Below are positions 32,576 through 43,175 of a stretch of DNA of 64,000 bases, piece after piece. The first letter of the stretch is position 1, and the number at the start of each line of letters is the position of its first letter. The notes under the pieces are model-generated. The model was not told the origin of the DNA, searched no databases, and saw nothing but the letters and a program-made list of their open reading frames with translations. A program made the position numbers and the translations under genes. The DNA comes from an uncultured delta proteobacterium (GTDB lineage: Bacteria > Desulfobacterota > Binatia > Bin18): positions 1 to 64,000 of the forward strand of contig CAVTCR010000012.1 in assembly GCA_963733195.1 (NCBI GenBank). The letters are read 5' to 3'.

Positions 32576-32896
32576 GATAAGCGGTAGTTTATATTGAATG
32601 TGATGATAGGATGTTATGTGATGGCGTGAGGGAAGAAGTGTTGGTAGTTAGGGTTGGATGTTGATATGATTTTCATCTTAAATTTGATGAGAATTAAGCA
32701 GTGGATGGAGTTTTTCTCGATGTTAATGTCTTCTTCTTAGCGGTTTATCGCTTAGATAGCGGTTTGTGGTGGTTGTGGTAACTTTTTGATGTCGGCTCTT
32801 TTTTATGTCTTCTGCTTATGTGGTGGTAGATGATTGGTGGCGTTGGTGGCTTCGAATGAATATAGGAGATAAACAAAAGCGAGAGGAGGAAGGACC

Positions 32897-33696
32897 ATGC
32901 CTTTTGTCACAGCCTCAGATGGAACGGAACTCTACTACGAAGTGGAAGGCGACGGCTTCCGCTCGTCTTTACTCACGGCAACATGGGCTTCGGCCAACAA
33001 TTCTTTTTGCAAACTCGCATTTTTCGCCAGCACTACCGCTGTATCCTGCATGACTCGCGTGGGTGTGGCCTCTCAGGGAAACCTGAAGCTGACATTTATG
33101 ATACGAAAACCTACGCCGCAGACCTGCATACCATCTTGCAAGCACTCGGTGTGCGAAAGGCCGTCATATTGGCCACTCCTTCGGTGGCCCGATCGCGCTG
33201 CAATACTATTTTGACTACCCGGATGAAGTCACTGGGCTTGTGTGTATCGGCTCACATTCGGCTGGTACCCAACTGGCTATTACCGAAGAGCAAGTGCTAC
33301 AGCTCTACGAGACTGTTCAGGGAAGGCGCACAATTTTTGAAACCGTTATCACTCATGAGAAGTTTCGCAAATATCAATCCCTACGGGGCTGACATCGAGG
33401 CGATGCTGCAGCGAGAAGCGTGCAAGCCGCCGATCTACGCGAGTAAAGCGACGTGCCGCGGGTTCTTCCGTCTCGATTTTACTGAGCGCTTACCGACGGT
33501 GAGGGTCCCTGCGCTCATTATCTGTGGGGATACGGATAAACCTGTTCCGCTGGAGACGGCCAGTCGGGTGCTGGCCGAACGTATCCCGGATGCACAGTTA
33601 GTGACTGTGAAGGACACAGGGCACTTCCCACACATGGAAAAGCCTGAGATTGTGAATGAAGCCATGTGGCAGTGGCTGGAAGAGAAGATTAAATAG
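32897..33696 (+). CDS. Alpha/beta hydrolase, frameshifted
   Basis: DGTELYYEVEG, DSRGCGLS, GHSFGG at about 33171, GDTD, GHFPHMEKP. Confidence 0.85.
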
Positions 33697-33920
33697 TAGC
33701 TATAGGGAAGTTAGAGGAGTTACAGGTTTTTGATGTGTTGTATTACGGATTGGTATGAAGTGAATGGGTGTAGTTGGGTGGTAGGTGATTGTATGGAACA
33801 AGTAAGAGGGAAGAAATAGTGATGATTTTTATTACTAACTTCGTTTTTCTCTCACCTGTGCTTTTATATATTTTCTCAGGATGTCGTAATGTAAATATTT
33901 CACCAGATATTAGGAATACG

Positions 33921-34325
33921 ATGTCTGCCGAAGAAAACAAGGCGACTCTGTTACGGTTATTGAACGAACTCAAGAAAGGCAATCTGGACTTTATAGATGA
34001 AGTGTTCTCACCGAACTTTGCGTTTTACTGTCTACCTCTCCGACTGGCCTCGCGGACTCGAAGGTGCACGAAAAATGATCACGCAGACGCGTTCGGTCCT
34101 TCCTGACAGTAAGTGACAGTGGAAGACATTTTCGCCGAAGGAGACAAAGTTGCGATCCGGTGGACCTTTCGCGGGACCTATGAGGGGGAAGCCAGGCCGG
34201 GATTTCCTAATCCAGGAGAGCGTTGTGTCTTGGTCGCATCAGTATGTACCGCTTTGCCGATGGGAAAAATTGAGGACGACTGGGGTGTGACCGCACCTGG
34301 CAGACTGGGAACGCGTGGAGTAAAC
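33921..34325 (+). pseudogene. SnoaL-like ester cyclase, frameshifted; end approximate
   Basis: MSAEENKA...KGNLDFIDEVFSPNF, then TVEDIFAEGDKVAIRWTFRGT, GKIEDDW. Confidence 0.75.
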
Positions 34326-34337
34326 GTATGGGTTGAA

Positions 34338-34760
34338 TTAGCGCCCGGCAGACGCCATACGAGCCGCAACCATCGAGCGCAAGGCAAGGCGGGCCTGGGT
34401 CGGAAGGTCAACAAACTTACAGCCGAGGTGAATGCGATGCCCCTGACGCTTCTCACTGCGCACTATCTCTACAACAACGTGACGAAGCTCGATAGCATCG
34501 AGAAAGAATTCGATGGTAAAACGAGCGCCAAGAAACGGCGGGAGGTAGAGCGAGAACCGTTGGTCCGTCACAAGCTGTATTCCTGAGGCACTGACGTTGG
34601 TGACCATGACAGGAATGACGTCGTCGCTCACCCCAGGCGATGATCGGACCAAGCGTCCTGGCACAGACACTTCAGCACGTTCTTCGCGTGATTTGACAAA
34701 GTCCTCATCGGGTAGGTCATTGTTGAAATCTGTAGAAAAGGATGAGTGCGGTCTCTCCAT
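34338..34760 (-). CDS. Stand-alone PilZ-domain protein
   Basis: REER...NVSASGI, VEIVR, LGCKFVDL. Confidence 0.75.
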   Translation of the reverse strand: MERPHSSFSTDFNNDLPDEDFVKSREERAEVSVPGRLVRSSPGVSDDVIPVMVTNVSASGIQLVTDQRFSLYLPPFLGARFTIEFFLDAIELRHVVVEIVRSEKRQGHRIHLGCKFVDLPTQARLALRSMVAARMASAGR

Positions 34761-34859
34761 AATACCTCTCAGGTCCGGGAAAAAGCCCCGGTTCCTTGAG
34801 CGTATCGGCAGGAGAAGGAAGAGACTTAAGAGAGGCGGCTCGAAGGGCTCAGCGGATCC

Positions 34860-36047
34860 TCACAGCGAGGCCGAATGCTGTGGCGACACGGAGGCGGAAG
34901 ACAATTCTCCCAGGCGGATTATTTTTCCATTACGCTGCACGCGAAAGGTATGCTCTCTCCACTGGACAGTGTTCCCCCACAAGCTCGCACCCCAGATGAA
35001 AAAAGAGAACAGATCAGTGAACGGCACCAGCCACAGCGCCTTGAGGGTGAGGAACGATCGTAAGAAGATACCATTCACGACACTGACAGAAAGCAAACGA
35101 AAAAAGAACGTGCTCCACGAAAGCAGCTGGATCAATGGTGATGCGCCATACAGCAGCCAGCCGAGCATCGCCCAGACGGTACCAAATGTTACTATCGTAC
35201 CAATGTGACCACTGGGGCGACAATTGCGTTGGGTTCGAGCCCATCGGAGTTGATGCTGAAATAACTCACGTACTGAAGCCACTCCAGGGTTGGTTTCAAC
35301 TACATGCGGCACAATCCGTACGTCATACCCAGCTTTGCTCACGAGGTATCCAAGGTAATAATCGTCAGCAAGATAGTCGGCAATTGCTGGAAACCCACCA
35401 ATCGCCTCGACACAGTGGCGCTTCACGGCCATTGTTGCACCAAACGCGTAGGTGGTTTTCTCGACTTGGCTCGCCACTATCACTAGTGGTGAAAAAGATG
35501 TATTGATGATCAGCGATTCGAATAACGTCGGGAGTGACGTTGCGGCCCCGCCTCGATACAGACATGTGACGATACCAACCTGCACATCAGTAAGCGGAGG
35601 AATGATAGCGCGGAGATGCCCAGGCTCTACTCGCACATCTCCATCGCTGATGACAAAAAGGTCGTATGACGCTACGGCAGCCAAGCGATGCAGCGTATCA
35701 ACCTTCGCGTTACTCCCAAGCGGTTCCGGGTTAACGACAAGCATAATATCGTGCGATGGAAAATCTCGCTGCAGACGTTCGACCACCGCAACTGCCGGGT
35801 CAGACGGATCATGCACTCCGCACAGGAGTTGATAGACTGGGTAGTCGAGGCGACAAAAACTGGCGAGATTGTCGTAGAGGTCGGCTGAAGCTCCCTTGAG
35901 GGGTTTGAAGAGAGACACTGGGGGAAGCGCGTCAATAATTACTGGACGAAAGCGAAAAAGCTTCCAGGCGGCATATAGCGTAAAGAGTGAATACCCACAC
36001 GCAATGAGAAGAAGAAAAGAGAGAAAAAAGGAACCATCAGTGATCAT
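34860..36047 (-). CDS. hpnI: Bacteriohopanetetrol glucosamine glycosyltransferase HpnI (GT21)
   Basis: PPVSLFKPLKG, NLASFCRLDYP, GSNAKV, ISDGDV, FGATMA, LADDY, HQLRWART. Confidence 0.9.
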   Translation of the reverse strand: MITDGSFFLSFLLLIACGYSLFTLYAAWKLFRFRPVIIDALPPVSLFKPLKGASADLYDNLASFCRLDYPVYQLLCGVHDPSDPAVAVVERLQRDFPSHDIMLVVNPEPLGSNAKVDTLHRLAAVASYDLFVISDGDVRVEPGHLRAIIPPLTDVQVGIVTCLYRGGAATSLPTLFESLIINTSFSPLVIVASQVEKTTYAFGATMAVKRHCVEAIGGFPAIADYLADDYYLGYLVSKAGYDVRIVPHVVETNPGVASVRELFQHQLRWARTQRNCRPSGHIGTIVTFGTVWAMLGWLLYGASPLIQLLSWSTFFFRLLSVSVVNGIFLRSFLTLKALWLVPFTDLFSFFIWGASLWGNTVQWREHTFRVQRNGKIIRLGELSSASVSPQHSASL

Positions 36048-36067
36048 GGCATGAAGGAAACACACCT

Positions 36068-36091
36068 AGGGGCACGGTTCGCCGTGCCCCT
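36068..36091. repeat. REP-like palindrome
   Basis: AGGGGCACGG TTCG CCGTGCCCCT. Confidence 0.6.
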
Positions 36092-36123
36092 CCATACAAT
36101 CAACCACTTTTCGTCACGAACCC

Positions 36124-37582
36124 TCATGCCGCTGAAGAAGAAGCCACCTGCGGTTTTGCTGCAACGACCTCGCGACGTTTGCGCATCGTGCGGAAGAAGT
36201 CTTTGCCTTCTTGCCACATGCGTTTGCGTTCATCCGAATGTAGGGCCATCTTTTTGAGCGATTTGAAAATATAACGCGGTCGTAAGTAATACGACTTGTA
36301 GAACTTCTCGACTGCCGTATAGATCTCATCACCAGACAAGCCTGGATAGTTAATCACACACCGTTGATAGCCGGTCTCATCAACCATGTCCTCGGGTTTG
36401 ATGTAGCCATGCTCAATTGCGTAGTCGTAAAAAGCCGTCCCTGGGTACGGAGAGGCCAAAGACACCTGGATCGTCTCAGGGTTCATCTCTTTGGCAAAGC
36501 GCATCGTCTGTTGAATGGTTTCGCGCGTCTCTCCTGGTAAGCCGAGAATGAAGGTACCATGAATCAGAATACCCAACTTGTGACAATCTTGGGTAAACCG
36601 ACGAGCAGACTCAAGCGCAACACCTTTCTTAATGTTCTTCAAGATTTCCGCATTCCCTGATTCGTAGCCAATGACGAACAGACGTAGTCCACCGTCTTTC
36701 ATAATTTTGAGCGTCTCGTAATCAACATTTGCTCGTGAATTGGTTGACCAGCATAAGCCGAGCGGCTTCAATCGCTGAGCAATCTCACGGGCACGATTAC
36801 GATCAGCCGTGAAGGTATCATCATCAAAGAAGATCTCTTTCATACCGGGAAAGAGCCGTTTCATCTCTTTGACTTCTTCGATTACGTTGTTCACCGATCG
36901 CGTACGATATGAATGACCAGTCGTCACTTGTGGCCATAGGCAAAAAGTACACCGAGCAGGGCAGCCACGACCAGTGTAGAGGGAGACGTACGGGTACTGG
37001 CAATACGGACTGTTGTATTTGCGAAAGTCGAGATCGCGATCGTAGATCTGTGTGACGAACGGGAAGCTTATCCAAGTCCTCGCTCAGCAGCGGCGCACGG
37101 TCAAGATTGTGGTGAATCTTACCATCTTTCTGATAGCTAATGCCTTGAATTTTCGCCCAATCCCATCCTTCGGCTACTTCCTTCATTGAAAAGTCGAACT
37201 CTTTTCGTGCCGCGATATCGATCGCTGGCGAAGCCTTCAGGGTTTGGTCGGGTATGGCAGTCGCGTGACCACCAACAAAAGCAATAACACAATTGGGGTT
37301 TTCCGCCTTGATCATCTCCGCTGTGCGTACATCCATCTTGAACGACGGCGTACTAGTGTGGAGTACGACGAAATCATATTCCTTGGCGATGGCAACTGTT
37401 TGTACTTGGTTGAGTTTCTCAGGCGGCGCATCAAGTACTCGGCTGTCTTTAATCATCCCGGCTGGATAACACAGCCACGTCGGATACCAGAACGACCACA
37501 CTTCACGCGTGGCTTGATAACGAGACCCCGCACCCCCGTCGAAATTCTCATATGCGGGAGGGTTTAAGAACAACGTCCGCAT
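36124..37582 (-). CDS. hpnJ: Hopanoid biosynthesis radical SAM protein HpnJ, one frameshift near 37060
   Basis: MRTLFLNPP...FDGGAGSRYQATREVWSFWYPTWL, GRGCPARCTFCLWPQ (CxxxCxxC), FFDDDTFT, IHGTFILGLPGET. Confidence 0.93.
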
Positions 37583-37688
37583 TCCCTTCTCCTTCCCAGT
37601 CTGCGTAAAGTTGGCATTATACCTACACTTTTAGAGAAAGAAAGGCGTTAAAGCCTGCGGAATGCAGATCAATTTTCTGCCTCAGCGC

Positions 37689-37737
37689 TGTTCACACTTT
37701 AGGCAATCCCTTTTCCCTTCTGCCGTTCTTCTAGGCA
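37689..37737. promoter_or_regulatory. Tandem 17-bp putative enhancer (bEBP) sites
   Basis: TGTTCACACTTTAGGCA and TGCCGTTCTTCTAGGCA, with starts 32 bp apart, upstream of a sigma54 site. Confidence 0.45.
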
Positions 37738-37797
37738 GCATAGTCCCAGCGAAAAAATAACTCTTTGATTCTTTTACGATTTTTCCCCGCATAACCC

Positions 37798-37813
37798 TGG
37801 TACGCCATTTGCT
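37798..37813 (+). promoter_or_regulatory. Sigma54 -24/-12 promoter (porin-PII)
   Basis: TGGTACGCCATTTGCT (GG-N10-GC). Confidence 0.75.
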
Positions 37814-37879
37814 GCTTCTTTGGCTGACCTAAATTCATTCGCTAGGCAGGGAAGCAAATTTTTCTGAGGGGGTTCATGA

Positions 37880-39185
37880 ATGAAGCGATTTACTACCGTT
37901 CTGTGTGTGAGTCTTGTAATGGCCACGGGAGGCCCCGTATGGGGTGGAGGAGAAGGAGAAGAGGAATCCTTTAAGGACACTATTCGCGCCATGCAGGAGC
38001 GGATTAAACAGCTCGAAGGTGAAGTACAACAACTGAAAGGTGCTCCCCCTGGAGCAGTAGCCGCAGCTCCGAGTAACGGCTATGACGATCGGATCAAAAA
38101 ACTGGAAGACGGCTTAGGACTTCTCAACGGCCTCAAGTTTGGTGGCATGATTTACAGCTCCTACAATTACAACTACAACAGCCCAGATTCTCATAATAAC
38201 GACCTACGTATCTTCGACAACAAAGCTAACAACTTCACCTTCGACCTTGCCCAGATCGTCTGTTTCAAAAGAGGAGGAAGGTGGAGTCGGATTTAAGTTA
38301 CTGCTCGACTACGGTCGCACCGCTAGAGGCATCGCTTCCGATTGGAACGGTGACGGTAGTTTCTCGAACGGAACCGACAACTTTGAAGTCGAGGAAGCCT
38401 ATATCACCTACACTGCCGGTATCGGTAAAGGATTGGGGCTCAAAGCTGGAAAATTCGTGACTTTGCTCGGGCAAGAAGTCATCGAATCACCAAATAACTT
38501 CAACATTTCGCGATCCTTCTTATTTGGGTTTGCCATTCCGTTTACTCATACCGGCATGCTCCTTTCATATCCATTCCTGGATTCTGTCAGTCTCTCTGCT
38601 GGTATCGTCAATGGATGGGATAACGTTATCGATTCTAACAAAGGCAAGACATTCCTTGGCGGTCTGACCTGGAAGCCGCTCGATGCACTGACTTGGACCT
38701 TCAACGGTACCTTCGGTCCTGAGCAACCAAATCGTGGCGGGTCGAAACGCGGCGTATTCGATACGGTTCTCTCTTATAACTGGAACGACAATATCACCCT
38801 CGCAGCCAACTACGATCACGGGTCAGAATCAGACATTGCTTCAGACGGTGGAACTGCCATATGGCAAGGCGTCGCCGGCTACGTCAGCATAGGTGGCGCA
38901 TTATTCCATCCTGATTTGGCCCCTTTCTCATTGTCCCAGCGGCTCGAATGGTTCTCTGATGAGGATGGCGTTCGCACCGGCACAGCCCAAGACCTGTGGG
39001 AAGCCACCACCACTCTCAAATGGAAGATAACGGATCATCTGCATGCGCGCTTTGAGTACCGACATGATGATTCCAGCAAGAAGGTCTTCTCGAAGCAGAT
39101 CTACCATCGTGGTGATGAAACGATCACCCAATTCATAGGTCATCAGAATACCGTCGCCGCTGAGTTATCGTACTTGTTCTATTAG
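37880..39185 (+). CDS. Outer-membrane beta-barrel porin (BBP2/OmpL-like), frameshift near 38255
   Basis: Signal peptide, coiled coil, YNYNSP, GKFVTLLGQEVIES...NFNISRS...FAIPFTHTG, NGWD, EYRHD, terminal YLFY. Confidence 0.82.
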
Positions 39186-39200
39186 GAAGCTCTGTCTTAG

Positions 39201-39605
<405 letters not shown>

Positions 39606-39790
39606 TTATTCGCCTTCCTTCAGAGAAGAGGGGAATGTCCAAGAGCAGGATGATTCCCCGTTTCTTCTTCTCTCTTACCTGACCATACAACCGTCTTGCC
39701 CTTTACTTTTCTCCCGTCCAATCAAAAAGATCTCAATCCCGCCTTACTTTCCCATTGGAAATATAGCGATTCTCAGTTGAGTGAGTCCTG

Positions 39791-39814
39791 GTAGAGCAGG
39801 CATCCTGCCTGTTC
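39791..39814 (+). repeat. GTAG-type REP-like palindrome
   Basis: GTAGAGCAGGCA TCC TGCCTGTTC. Confidence 0.5.
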
Positions 39815-39915
39815 AGCGAGCAACACGACCACGATGACGCAGCCATCGTGAGGATTGAATGATGCAGCCAAGTGAGGACCGCCGGAGCACGACAATTGCC
39901 GAGGCCACCGCGCCC

Positions 39916-39932
39916 TGCCTAGACTGTGAGCA
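39916..39932. promoter_or_regulatory. Putative enhancer site upstream of amtB
   Basis: TGCCTAGACTGTGAGCA; its reverse complement TGCTCACAGTCTAGGCA matches the 37689 site at 14/17. Confidence 0.45.
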
Positions 39933-40193
39933 GATGCTGACTATTTCCTAAGCATCGAGAAGCTGTCGTCCTCTATCTAGTTCCCTTTTCAAGCACCCTT
40001 AACATCGATAGCCAAAAGTCTCAAACCTCATCGCACATATCGTGTGCGCCTGCTCGACCACAAAAGAAAGCCGATTTCATTGTAGATTCTCTCATGTTGC
40101 GACGATCTCCCGAGGCACACGCACTCCTCCCTTTCTCTCGTGGGGTCAATGAAGAAGCCATCTCAGTGTTAAGTTTTTATGTGGTCTGAGCTT

Positions 40194-40209
40194 TGGCGCG
40201 GACTTTGCG
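40194..40209 (+). promoter_or_regulatory. Sigma54 promoter (amtB)
   Basis: TGGCGCGGACTTTGCG. Confidence 0.75.
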
Positions 40210-40301
40210 AAGACATGAGACTGCGGCATCAGAGCGAATTCGTCTTCTCACGACGAATGTTCAGAGGAACAACCAAAGCAAAAGGAAGAAGGAGGTATAA
40301 T

Positions 40302-41738
40302 ATGTTCACGGGATCTCGGCTATTGAGAGTTGGCAGCAACACTATTCGAGCAGCGGCCTTGTTATCGGCGCCTCTCTATAATGCTACGGCCTGGGCAGAG
40401 GAAGCAGCGGCAACAGCCCCGGTTATCGACACCGGTGATACGGCCTGGGTACTCACAGCGTCTGCTTTAGTCTTGATGATGACACTGCCCGGCCTTGCCC
40501 TCTTCTACGGAGGCTTGGTCCGTGCCAAGAATATCCTCAACGTACTGATGCAGTGTTTCCTGTCCGCTGGCGTAGTCGGAGTGCTGTGGATTCTCGTCGG
40601 CTACAGTCTGGCGTTCGGCACTGGCAATGCTTTTATCGGCGACCTCTCGAAACTCGGGCTGAACGGCGTTACTCTTGAATCCGTATCTGCGAACTTCGCA
40701 ACACCACCCCGAAACATTCCCGAATACGTCTTCATCATGTTCCAGGCGATGTTCGCCATCATCACGCCAGCCCTCATCCTCGGTGCTATCGCAGAGCGGA
40801 TGAAATTCAGCGCCTGGATTGCCTTCATCTCGATCTGGTTGCTCCTTGTCTATTGCCCGATCGCCCATATGGTATGGGCTTCCGAAGGATGGATTTTTAA
40901 GGCGAGCGCGATTGACTTCGCCGGTGGACTTGTCGTGCACATGTCGAGCGGATTTTCAGCTATCGTAGCTGCTCTCATGCTTGGCAAACGGCGCGGGTTC
41001 GGTAAGGATCCCATGCCTCCTCATAATCTGCCACTGTGTCTCGTCGGGGCAGGTCTATTGTGGGCCGGATGGTTTGGTTTCAATGCCGGCAGCGCACTGA
41101 GTGCGAGCCCTCTTGCCTCACTCGCTTTCCTGAACACTGGAACAGCTACCTCGACTGCTGTCGTCGTGTGGGCACTGATTGAGTGGATGCATCGTGGTTA
41201 TCCTACCGCACTGGGCGGTGCCACCGCAGCCGTTGCCGGTCTCGTTGCTATTACTCCAGCGTGCGGCAATGTCGGTCCTATGGGGTCGATCTACATTGGC
41301 ATAGGGGTAGCAGTCATCTCTTATGCTGCCTGTACGTTCCTCAAGCCCGCACTTGGTTACGACGATTCACTAGATGTGTTCGGCGTCCATGCCCTTGGTG
41401 GAGCGTGGGGAGCGTTGGCCTCAGGTATCTTTGCGGTCACTCTCGGCTCAGGCATCGAGAGCAACGCCCAACAGATCATGGTTCAATTGAAGGGGATTGC
41501 GTTCGTGGCGATCTTTGCCCCAGTCATGACGTTCGTCATCCTCTCGATTCTGAAACTCGTTTTCGGGTCTCTTCGTGTATCAGAAGAAGAAGAGTTTGAG
41601 GGTCTTGACCTCTCGCAGCACAGCGAGAATGCCTACACATTTGGCGCTGGTGGATCGTCATTCGCAGACGCAGGCTCTCTCAAACGCGAACAGGCAGTTC
41701 CTATGGGAGCCTTCGCTGAATCAACAAAATCTGCCTAG
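40302..41738 (+). CDS. amtB: Ammonium transporter
   Basis: DTAWVL, PGLALFYGG, FQAMFA, DFAGGLVVH, GWFGFNAGS, DDSLDVFGVH, EEFEGLD; GGAGG RBS. Confidence 0.96.
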   Translation: MFTGSRLLRVGSNTIRAAALLSAPLYNATAWAEEAAATAPVIDTGDTAWVLTASALVLMMTLPGLALFYGGLVRAKNILNVLMQCFLSAGVVGVLWILVGYSLAFGTGNAFIGDLSKLGLNGVTLESVSANFATPPRNIPEYVFIMFQAMFAIITPALILGAIAERMKFSAWIAFISIWLLLVYCPIAHMVWASEGWIFKASAIDFAGGLVVHMSSGFSAIVAALMLGKRRGFGKDPMPPHNLPLCLVGAGLLWAGWFGFNAGSALSASPLASLAFLNTGTATSTAVVVWALIEWMHRGYPTALGGATAAVAGLVAITPACGNVGPMGSIYIGIGVAVISYAACTFLKPALGYDDSLDVFGVHALGGAWGALASGIFAVTLGSGIESNAQQIMVQLKGIAFVAIFAPVMTFVILSILKLVFGSLRVSEEEEFEGLDLSQHSENAYTFGAGGSSFADAGSLKREQAVPMGAFAESTKSA

Positions 41739-41769
41739 GTCGTAGCGCGAACGATGATGGTCACAGATA

Positions 41770-41808
41770 CAGCGACATACTCGTGTCCCAAACATGAGTA
41801 TGTCGCTG
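41770..41808 (+). terminator. Long hairpin after amtB (terminator or stability element)
   Basis: 17-bp stem CAGCGACATACTCGTGT / ACATGAGTATGTCGCTG with one G-U pair; no U tract. Confidence 0.5.
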
Positions 41809-41853
41809 CTAGCGACGATCTCCTACTGACAGCTGATAGCTCAAGATTCTGCC

Positions 41854-43044
41854 ATGAACGCATTGCACGATCGGCTCGAAGCTCTATTCTCCATCAGTAG
41901 TGAAATCTCTTCTACCCTCCAACTTGAAGAAGTCCTCAAACGTGTTGTTGCTCATGCCTGCCGACTCATGGAAGCACGTATCGCTTCACTCCTTCTGATC
42001 GATAAAGACGGCGGAGTGCTTCGCCCTGCGGCAACGTACGGAGCAAGTGACGCATATCTCGCTCTTCCAGACCGTGATGTGACCGAAAGTCTGACTGGTG
42101 AAGTCATCAAGAGTGGACGTCCCCTCTATATTCCGGACGTTCGTGCGGAAAGCCAGGTGCGGCTTTCTCAACTGGCCCGTGAGGAGGGCCTGTGTACGCT
42201 GCTCTCAGTACCTCTCCGAACTAAAACTGCTATTATCGGCGCACTTAACGTGTACACGGCAGAGTTACGCCACTTTGATGAGAGTGACATTCACCTCTTA
42301 GCCTTACTCGCGAGCCAATCTGCCATCGCCATCGAAAATGCGCGGCTACATGCTGAAGAAATGGAAGTGCGTGAGCGGTTACGTCAATCAGAAAAGTTAG
42401 CAGCGCTCGGCAAGCTCTCGGCGGGGTTAGCTCACGAACTGCGTAACCCACTGAATACAGTTAGTATGCTTATGTATGCGATGGCTCAGGAACTGCCTGC
42501 GGATGGCTCATGTGGTGCAGACCTCCGTGTCGTACAAGGCGAGTTGCGGCGCATGTCGCTGCTGATTGAACAGTTTCTCGAATTTGCCCGCCCACAACCG
42601 CCCCATTTCCAACGGGATCGTCTCGACGAGATCATGGAGGAAACGCTACTCCTCATTGGCCCCGAAGCACGGACACGCGGGGTCACGATTCACAAAGAGT
42701 GGGAAAAAGTCTTACCTCCGGTCTGGGTCGATGGGGCACAAATCAAGCAGGTTTTCCTCAATCTTCTACTGAATGCTCTGCAGGCGATGTCAAAGGGAGG
42801 GACCTTGACCGTGCGACTACACGTCAGTGGCGGCAGTCTCCTGGCCTCGATCACCGACGAAGGAGAGGGCATTCCGCCCGAGGTGCGTGCAAATCTGTTC
42901 GAGCCATTTTTTACCACTAAAGCTGGAGGTACCGGTCTCGGACTGTCGATCTCGCAACGCATCGTTGAAGGGCATAACGGCCGGCTGCGGCTATTCTCAC
43001 AACCAGACGTGGGAACCACAGCAGTGGTGCGGCTTCCTTTATAA
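41854..43044 (+). CDS. Cytoplasmic GAF-domain sensor histidine kinase
   Basis: GAF (LLSVPL...IGALNV...AIAIENARL), LAHELRNPL, LNLLLNA, DEGEGI, FFTTK, GTGLGL; no TM. Confidence 0.92.
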   Translation: MNALHDRLEALFSISSEISSTLQLEEVLKRVVAHACRLMEARIASLLLIDKDGGVLRPAATYGASDAYLALPDRDVTESLTGEVIKSGRPLYIPDVRAESQVRLSQLAREEGLCTLLSVPLRTKTAIIGALNVYTAELRHFDESDIHLLALLASQSAIAIENARLHAEEMEVRERLRQSEKLAALGKLSAGLAHELRNPLNTVSMLMYAMAQELPADGSCGADLRVVQGELRRMSLLIEQFLEFARPQPPHFQRDRLDEIMEETLLLIGPEARTRGVTIHKEWEKVLPPVWVDGAQIKQVFLNLLLNALQAMSKGGTLTVRLHVSGGSLLASITDEGEGIPPEVRANLFEPFFTTKAGGTGLGLSISQRIVEGHNGRLRLFSQPDVGTTAVVRLPL

Positions 43045-43045
43045 G

Positions 43046-43163
43046 AAAGGGGAAAAGGGTCAACGGCGAAATGGGGAAATGACAAAAAAGGAAAATCAGA
43101 ATCAGATTGATGAAGTACCTTAACATATTTACCCATTTTCCCTTTGCCCCCTTTCCCCTTTTG
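43046..43163. repeat. Inverted octamer tandem-repeat cassette
   Basis: AAGGGGAA AAGGGTCA ACGGCGAA ATGGGGAA ... TTTACCCA TTTTCCCT TTGCCCCC TTTCCCCT. Confidence 0.75.
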
Positions 43164-43175
43164 TCTTAAAAACGT

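Noticed and set aside
32576-34330. Integron cassette array
   Set aside because: No integrase and no recognisable attC inverted cores around the hydrolase and SnoaL genes.
39834-39878. Imperfect direct repeat ATGAYGCAGCCA..GTGAGGA x2 in the PII-amtB spacer
   Set aside because: Only two degenerate copies and no recognisable function or RNA family; too weak to call.
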